From Ginkgo biloba (Eukaryota; Plantae; Ginkgophyta): a DNA stretch of 17,726 nucleotides. Numbering within the stretch: position 1 is the stretch's first letter; each line of letters begins with the position of its first letter. The stretch covers positions 7,395,748-7,413,473 of the forward strand of contig JANKJI020000002.1 of NCBI GenBank assembly GCA_024626585.2, written 5' to 3'. Positions 10,925 through 17,726 of this stretch are shown here, piece by piece. A program made the translations under genes and the position numbers. Below the pieces are notes generated by a model, which ran no database searches, had not been told where the DNA came from, and saw only the letters and a program-made list of their open reading frames with translations.

Positions 10925-11770
10925 CCAAGTAAAGTATTTGTTGATTTGCCAAAGGGACTTCCCGCAAATCAAGGAATGAAGCACATTGTTGAGTTACAGT
11001 CAGGAACAATAGTAATTATGATCCCTCCATAACAACAACGCCATTTTTATAATATTGAAATTAAAAAAGCAGTTAAGGAACTATTGGATGAGAGACACAT
11101 AATTCCTAGTAGAAGTCCCTTTGTTGCACCAATGGTCCTTTCAAGGAAGAAGGATGGAACTTACAAAATGTGCATTGATTATAGGGGCCTTAACAAGGAC
11201 ACTATAAAGAATAGGTTCCTAATGCCTCGTATTAACATTGTTATGGATGAATTGCATGGAACCACTAATTTTTCAAATTTTGTCTTAAGGTTAGGTTATC
11301 ATCAAATTCAAGTTAGGAGAGAAGATGTCCTGACGACTGCTTTTAGGACTCATATGGGTTATTATGAGCTCTTAGTCATGCCTTTTGGACTGACTAATGC
11401 CTTGGTCACTTTGTGATGGATTTTGTTGATGACATCTTGGTTTACAATGCCACTCTACAATTGCACTTGCATCACTTAAAGATTATTCTTCAAGTATTGA
11501 AAGATAGTCAGTTTTATGCAAAGAAATCCAAGAGTAGGTTTGGGGAGACTAGATGATATTTTGGACATATTATCTCTTGAGAGGGGGTTAAAGTAGACTC
11601 TGAGAAGATAGAAGCAATCCTAAGTTGGTCAAGGCCAACCAACATCACAAAATTGAGGGGTTTCCTCAGAATACATGGGTATTACTACATATTTGTCAAA
11701 GGGTATTCGTCTAAGGTGACTCCATTGATTGATTTGATAAAGGGGTCTTTACTTGGAGTGATAAGGTTGA
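10925..11770 (+). pseudogene. Ty3/gypsy reverse transcriptase (decayed)
   Basis: [79 protein letters not shown]; FVDDILVY (11422-); GHIIS.EGVKVDSEKIEAI..W..P..LRGFL. Stops, frameshifts and one internal deletion. Confidence 0.95.
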
Positions 11771-11809
11771 AAATTATTTTGAGCAACTTAAGAAGTTGAT
11801 GACTATAGT

Positions 11810-12190
11810 GTTGGTTTTGGCTACACTTGACTTTACAAAATATTTTGTTATTGAATGTGATGCTTCAGGCATCAAGATAGGAGTGGTCCTTATGCAAGAG
11901 GGGGAACCCATTGCCTTGAAGTGCAAGAAACTCAAGAGGGAAGAACTATCATTGTCCACTTATGAAAAGTAGATGTTGGCCATAACTCATGCAGTGGAGA
12001 AGTGGCAATGTTATCTATTGGTTAGCTCCTTCAAACTCTAAATTGACCAAGATAGTCTCAAGTACTTCTTGTACTAGAAGACACCAAGTTTAATCTAACA
12101 ACAATGGGTCATAACATTGTAGTCCTTCGACTTTGAGATCAATTATAAGAAGGGTAACAAGAATATTGTGGCAGATGCACTCTCCCAAAG
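11810..12190 (+). pseudogene. Ty3/gypsy RNase H (decayed)
   Basis: LDFTKYFVIECDASGIKIGVVLMQEGEPIA..STYEK*MLAI..KW..YLL..DQDSLKY..FDFEINYKKGNKNIVADALS; several in-frame stops. Confidence 0.93.
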
Positions 12191-12409
12191 GCATAATGAT
12201 AACAACTTGACTACTAATAACAACAGTGCATAGATAAAATTCACACTAAGCACATTGAAACAATGATACTATGAACTTGATTTAAGTGGGTACAACAAGG
12301 GACAACAAGTGTTGTATGCCTATATAAGAGGGAAAAAGATTTGTTGTGGTATAAGGACCAAGTTTTCATACCTCCCCACTCTACTTTCCAACTATGAGTC
12401 ATTGAGAAA

Positions 12410-13275
12410 TGTCATATGCCTCACCCATTGCAAGGCATGAAGGATTCTTTAAAACCTATGGCATAATTAAAAGATTATTTTTCTGGAAGGGGATGAAGTG
12501 AGAAATCCAAAAGTTTGTCGTTGAATGTGATGATTGTCAATGAAATAAATATGAGAGTATAAGGACTCCTAGCCTCCTAGCTCCTCTTGTGATTCCAAAT
12601 CAGAAGTGGGAGAAAATCTCAATGGATTTCATCATAGGGGTGACAAACACTGACAACAAGGACAACATACTTCTGGTAGTGGATTGGCTCACCAAATATG
12701 CTCATTTAATCCCAACAAAGACTATTATTAGTGCTCCAAAGCTAGCTGATATTTTTGTCAAAAAGAGTTACAAATTGCATGGGTTACCACAATCAACTGT
12801 CCATGATAGGGATCTGAAGTTTTCGAGTATCTTTTGGAGGGAGTTGATCAAAAGGATGGGAACCAAACTCAGTTACAGCAGCAGCTACCATCCTCTGATG
12901 GATGGTCAAACCGAAGCCATGAACAAAATCCTTGAAGGATACCAAAGATATTTTGTGGGGGATAAGCAGGGCAGCTGGTTGAACTGGCTGTCTTTAGCCG
13001 AGTATTGGTATAATACCAGTTGGCAGTCAGCAATTAGGACGAGTCCATTTCAAGCCTTGTACGGTTAGAATCCACCTACATTGTTGGACGGAGCCAAGGA
13101 AGCTTCCCAAGTCCCCACTGTCCAAAAATTGCTTCAAGATCAATGTGACATGATTCAGATCCTATGGAGAAATCTAACCGAGGCAAAAAATTGAACAAAT
13201 CTTCAGGTTGATGAGCATAGAATAAAGAAAGAGCTCTCAATCAGTCATGCATTGTATTTGTAGTCCAAACACTAG
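12410..13275 (+). pseudogene. Ty3/gypsy integrase (HHCC zinc finger + DDE core), truncated before any chromodomain
   Basis: H..SPIARHEGFFKTY..FFWKGMK..VVECDDCQ; WEKISMDFI, VHDRD, YHPLMDGQTE, LAEYWYNTS, SPFQALYG. Homology fades at ~13275. The PR-RT-RH-INT order indicates Ty3/gypsy. Confidence 0.95.
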
Positions 13276-13935
13276 GTTCTTCATTGCCTAGTTAGTTAAA
13301 GGGTCTTCAGTTTTTTTCTATGGTGCGCATGATCTACCAATTTGTAAATGATATCCCCTGTATCTCTACTCTAGTCGTTGCACATCCGTTGTTCCAAGGG
13401 TTTCAAATATGACTGATGACATAGTAAACTCAATTGTGTTCGATACCCTATAGTGGCTTCATCGAATTATTNNNNNNNNNNNNNNNNNNNNNNNNNNNNN
13501 NNNNNNNNNNNNNNNNNNNNNNNNNNNNNNNNNNNNNNNNNNNNNNNNNNNNNNNNNNNNNNNNNNNNNNNTTGGGTGGATGGTACCCCATGCCAACACA
13601 GAGCGCTACAAAATTGACTCACTATTAGTATAAGATTTTATATTTCTTTTTGTTATCCTTTATGTGATTTATTTCTGCAATAGTGTGTGTCCAATCTTTC
13701 CTTTCCCATTGTCTAGTTGGTTAGACATATGGTAGTTTCTCTTCTGTCGAATGTTGAACAGAGAGGAAGATCATCTCGGTGATACTTTTGAGGTGAGGAA
13801 TCATGGATTCCATTTCCCATTTTTCGTTTAAGGGAAAGACTTACCCTGGTTAATAATTAACGACTAATTGAGAAAGCAGTCATGCCCAAACTAATATGAG
13901 GAATGGGAGTTAGTTATGAGGTAGAACTATCTCTT

Positions 13936-14633
13936 AGAAATAGGAAAAGAAATGTAGTTCAAAAATAGAAAGAGTATGCGACTTGCATGCATGAGAAAGA
14001 ATGGTCTGCATGCATGAGGTGATAGGGTTAGAACGCAGTCCCAAAAAAAGAAAGTGAGCATGCAGTCCCAAAATAGAGACAGCATGCAGTACAGGAATAG
14101 AGACAACATGCTGTCCAAAATTAGAGATCACTGTCTTCCCCGTTAAAGGGAAGATCAGAGAAGAGGGGCAGAGTTTTCGATGAAGCTTGGGAAGGCAAAT
14201 TGAGCTGAGAGTAGTTCCCTCTAAGAACTCATCCATGAAGGAGTATTTTGGCTCACTGTTGACGTACAGTAGGAGGTGGTGACTGGGAAATAGCTGGATC
14301 AGCCATCTAGTTGATATGCATAGTTGGGAAAGGCATCTTGCTGTTATCACAGCACAGTTTTACTGTCATAAGTAAGGTTTCAGAGATTTTTTGAGATCAT
14401 TGTTTAGGTCAAGAACTGAATAAGTACACGTCTTAACTGTTTCCATTGTGGAGTTTAATAAAAATGTTATTACAGAATTTTCTGTGCATGTAAACCAGCA
14501 CCCCTTTAGGGTGTTTTACAGTCTTATTAAAATTTATCATTTGCTGTCCTAACAGGTTGTTTACTGTTAAAGAGCGTTTACTGTTTGCTGGAATTTTTCT
14601 CACCTAATGGAAAATCAGTGAGGTGTCCTAACA
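13936..14633 (+). mobile_element. LTR (5' end unresolved) related to 5380-6129
   Basis: Shared colinear blocks (AAGGCAAATT, GTTCCCTCTA.GAACTCATC.ATGAAGGAGT, TGTGCATGTAAACCA.CACCC, GTGTCCTA). Ends TCCTAACA at 14633; no PBS follows. Confidence 0.82.
14035..14135 (+). repeat. ~24-27 bp degenerate tandem repeat x4 (GCAGTCCCAAAATAGAGACAGCAT-like) inside the LTR
   Basis: GCAGTCCCAAAAAAAGAAAGTGAGCAT / GCAGTCCCAAAATAGAGACAGCAT / GCAGTACAGGAATAGAGACAACAT / GCTGTCCAAAATTAGAGATCAC; not seen as an array in the 5380-6129 copy. Confidence 0.8.
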
Positions 14634-15929
14634 GTTGTAGGAAGTGGAAACTGGTTCAATCAGTTCATATTGACTCTCCAATTCCAGTAGGGAATGAAGG
14701 TGATATTCCACCTATCCATCAGCACAGTTCACTTGGTGTTCTCTCTCTTCTGACCATTTGGCACTAGATACAAGGCCCTATGGCTCAGAGACTCAGGATG
14801 TGCATGAAAGCATTGCAAATACCCATAAAGTTACTTGAGAGATTCAGGAATTGTACTCTCGGCTTGGCAAGTGGAAAGATGACCTTCAAGGGCAGCATGT
14901 GTAAACTGATCGTGGTCAATTGACTATTGACTTCGTTTTGGACTTAGTTGCAACTTTGAGTTCTGATAACATTGATTCCTCCGATGATGATGATTGAGAG
15001 TTTATGTTCTTATTATGTCTGTGAAAACATTTTGGACTCCGTTTTTTTTTAGTGTTTGGGAATCAATATTATTTCTAGGACTATACCATACATAAGCTTG
15101 TTATTTATGCAAGTTTCATATTGGATAGAAGATTTTCTTCCTTGGTTCTTATACACATGCCCCTAGAATAGATATTAAAACTTATGACTACAATGCTGAA
15201 GGCTTACCCTTTTGTTGTATTATTTTGAACCTGGCCAGTTTCCTCTGAAGGCCATTTTATATCTATGTACTCTCTTTTCTAAGATAGTACAAACAACTTT
15301 CAACTTTTCAAGGAAAAAATGAATTTTAAGTAAAGTTGCCCCACACATCAATCAGAAAGGATAAAACATAATGCATAAGTGGGAAAAACAAATCTCTATT
15401 TATTGAAACACATGGGGATAAAATTCTTTCGAAAAAGGTATAAATAACATAGTGTTTGCAAGTAAGAGAAGGCAAACATTGATCCCATATCCCTCCTTGA
15501 AAGCGTACATCAAAATTGTGCTCAAGAAACAACATTGTGAGCACCTTCTAGCTTTATCATGCTAAACTAATTAACCATGCTCAACCTTAATAGGCTCTAT
15601 AATAACATATCACCATTAGTACTACAGAGAGCAAGGTTTTGTCAAGTATCTTAAATTTTAGAAGTTTAAGACATCATAAGGGGAGATTGAGGCCCTAATG
15701 ATCTTCTTGAGTTTAGTTTTGTAATAGTCTCACCAATCTTCACTATGGCCCCCAAAAAACACATAACAAGTTAACATCAGAGAGGAAATGATGGATTTGC
15801 ATCTCATATGTATGGCAATGTTTGCAATCTTATATGAAACTATTATTTGGAACTTTGTACAACAACAACATAAACATTGTCATAAAGTATCAGCTTTGTG
15901 AATAGATAATGAGACTCCCACATCCATTC

Positions 15930-15995
15930 TTAAAGTTGCTGAAGGCATCCTCATGCTTCATTTTATAAAACTGCCTCCATCACATCTTCCAAGAT
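15930..15995 (-). CDS. HDR: HDR terminal coding exon (66 nt to ancestral TAA) with premature TAA at 15965-15963
   Basis: AACAG acceptor (AG at 15997-15996). Reads ILEDVMEAVL*; the shifted frame gives KMKHEDA and the original frame resumes as LQQL*. 22 codons, matching the recalled VVEDALVKVFDIKREELLQLA* tail. Confidence 0.8.
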
Positions 15996-16414
15996 CTGTT
16001 CATAATTATTCAAAATAAGTTATGGATGCATAGAAAAGGACATGAATAAAAATATTTTCCACAATGATATACAGAAGCAGTCTTGAAAATTTTAATGTTA
16101 GTAAACCTTCATAATCATATGTAATAGTCTGTGTCTAACGTTAAAAATTGTTGCACATAACAGCATCACTACTTCCATTCTCAAGGAACCCAGGGTGTGT
16201 ATCATACCTAATATTTGCAAGGTAAATATACGCATTTCGATACCCGGGGCCTTCAACACCTAGATTAACAAAATCAAGGTTGGTTTGGGGGACAAGACTA
16301 ACTCAACCTCCCCACATGGTGGAGATCCAAGTTTTAAATCACCAAAAATATCGAGCACAGTGTGTGGAAATGGTGTATCCTAAGTCAATAGGTGTCTTGC
16401 AGGCCCAGCTTAAC

Positions 16415-16510
16415 AATCAAGCAAGTCAAGGTGCATGCAGCTGTATGATTCACAACCTACCTGGTTTGAATTCAAATTGTACAACTGCATGTGTCCTGAG
16501 TTGCTTGATT
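16415..16510. repeat. Inverted repeat / hairpin in the last HDR intron (31-bp arms, 34-nt loop; weaker pairing extends to ~16400-16525)
   Basis: 16415-16445 AATCAAGCAAGTCAAGGTGCATGCAGCTGTA versus the reverse complement of 16480-16510, AATCAAGCAACTCAGGACACATGCAGTTGTA: 25/31 identical. Confidence 0.85.
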
Positions 16511-16737
16511 TTTAGCCTGGACTTACCTAAAGTTTATGTGCATACGCATGCATGATGAAACCTAGCCCTTATGGGAAGCTATATTGCTTGGGGTCCTAAC
16601 TACCTTAGGAAGTTTACACCCAGGTTAAATTTGTGTGGAAGATTTGTAACTGAACAGAGATTGTCTTCATGCATCATCTATCTATTTATTAACCCTTTTT
16701 ACGTCAGACTTGAGGGGATGCAAGTGTATTGTAATAC

Positions 16738-16824
16738 CTCATCTGGAGTTGTTGCACCTGAAGTGATTCCAATTTTGATTGAACCAGGTGGAAGCCAATT
16801 TTCCTTCTCCACTAGCTCACCATG
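16738..16824 (-). CDS. HDR: HDR penultimate exon HGELVEKENWLPPGSIKIGITSGATTPDE (87 nt, intact)
   Basis: CAG acceptor (AG at 16826-16825), GT donor at 16737-16736, 29 open codons, IspH G(I/V)TSGA(S/T)TP motif. Confidence 0.93.
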
Positions 16825-16966
16825 CTGCTTTGTTATTGTTGGGGGAGGGATGGAACAAAATGGAGAAAACTGTGAGTGCTCAGATAATTGCCATATTAGA
16901 ACAACAGTTAGACAATCAAAATGCCTCCAAAACTTAAGGAGGATGGGAATTCATCCCTATACTCAC

Positions 16967-17153
16967 ACTCAGCTTGTATGCAACGTGGTTGCCAGGTCCT
17001 ATACACTTCTCAGAATCGATCCAATAAAATAGGATTCCACTGTGTTCTGCAATTTCTTGTAAATGGGATGTGTTAGTTGAATTCCACCTTCCCTGCAACA
17101 AGGATAGGATCTGGCTTTTCCTTCACCAAATCATACATGGCATCCTGTCTTTC
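16967..17153 (-). CDS. HDR: HDR exon (ERQDA...AYKLS), 187 nt, with a +1 frameshift near 17090
   Basis: AG acceptor at 17155-17154 and GTGAGT donor at 16966-16961. 187 nt = 62 codons + 1. The extra base lies in GCA GGG A AGG TGG, where V-G-G-W is expected. Confidence 0.9.
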
Positions 17154-17726
17154 CTGCATTGATGCAATACCAAAAAGGATATGATGAGTGATTTTAGTTT
17201 CATGCTTAGATAGAACAATCATAATTAACTTATCAAGCTGCTACAACTTGGATATCAGATCCTTTATTTTATTTTTCAGCTCAGATCCGTTTGATCATTT
17301 TATAAATTCAAACGATGTTAAAAATATCAGATTACATTACATATAAATCTTAGCAGTTTTGAGGACAAATGCAACTGAACAATGATATGCCTAATTTCTG
17401 GCTACATGGTCTAGAGTCTATAGAGATTCTTAAAATGACTCAAACTTGTGTTGAAGCAATAACTGTTACAGGTAGCATCAGCATTCATACATCAATTTCA
17501 ACATGATACAAAAGAAACCAGTGCATTGGCAAAATATAATCATAACTATTGGTTGGTGAAACAGAATAAGACAGTCTACCTCCCAATCCTAGGAATTTTT
17601 GTATTGCTTTGAAAAAGTGCATCATGTTTTTATACTTAGAATATCAGGCTAGTCCCTAAATTGATCAAATGAAAAAAAGTTCAATGCATGTTAACCAAAT
17701 ATACCCGTTTTCAGGACTTAAATACA

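Larger units (their letters stand above)
15930..17153 (-). pseudogene. HDR: 3' part (last three exons) of 4-hydroxy-3-methylbut-2-enyl diphosphate reductase (HDR/IspH/LytB); frameshifted as assembled; upstream exons not found in the window
   Basis: Manual minus-strand translation gives [62 protein letters not shown] | HGELVEKENWLPPGSIKIGITSGATTPDE | ILEDVMEAV..KMKHEDA.QQL*. This is colinear with the plant HDR C-terminus as I recall it ([60 protein letters not shown]). Both introns are GT-AG, phase 0. Confidence 0.93.

Noticed and set aside
13572-13935. hAT transposase dimerisation domain
   Set aside because: Faint W..LQ resemblance only; the diagnostic S..CER.(W/F)S motif is absent in the frames I read.
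14035-14135. CRISPR-like or other spaced repeat array (also 1154-1236, 5005-5157)
   Set aside because: Head-to-tail degenerate tandem repeats without unique spacers, in a eukaryotic TE context with no cas genes.
5380-14633. One intact full-length retrotransposon
   Set aside because: No TSD, no clear PPT, strongly and asymmetrically diverged LTRs, truncated integrase, multiple gaps and nested inserts.
16290-16475. tRNA-derived SINE (TAACTCAA A-box-like; GGTTTGAATTC B-box-like)
   Set aside because: Boxes are too degenerate and wrongly spaced; no tail or TSD seen.
16571-17032. 153-aa plus-strand ORF
   Set aside because: Antisense shadow of the HDR exons and intron on the minus strand.
17154-17726. 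Upstream HDR exon ending ...NTICDATQ
   Set aside because: Only a chance GATGCTAC match near 17475 without surrounding homology; the region is treated as intron.

Overview
Eukaryotic, AT-rich land-plant genomic DNA with nine N-gaps, six of them exactly 100 N (scaffolding placeholders). About 15 kb is a pile of decayed, nested LTR retrotransposon pieces: (i) a non-chromovirus-looking element with a putative LTR, a non-Met PBS and a long nonsense-riddled gag frame (~921-3494); (ii) a Ty3/gypsy chromovirus-type element with LTR 5380-6129, tRNA-iMet PBS, gag-protease to 7347, and RT-RNaseH-integrase at 10925-13275, interrupted by at least two other LTR insertions; (iii) a younger-looking related LTR ending at 14633. 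The right end holds the last three exons (minus strand) of a 4-hydroxy-3-methylbut-2-enyl diphosphate reductase gene (HDR/IspH, MEP isoprenoid pathway) that the ORF track misses. As assembled it is frameshifted, carries Ser->Thr changes at two diphosphate-binding positions, and has a 31-bp-arm hairpin in its last intron. I see no convincing evidence for a wholly new biological system; the HDR copy and its intronic hairpin are the best leads. All family assignments come from manual translation and remembered motifs, not database searches.
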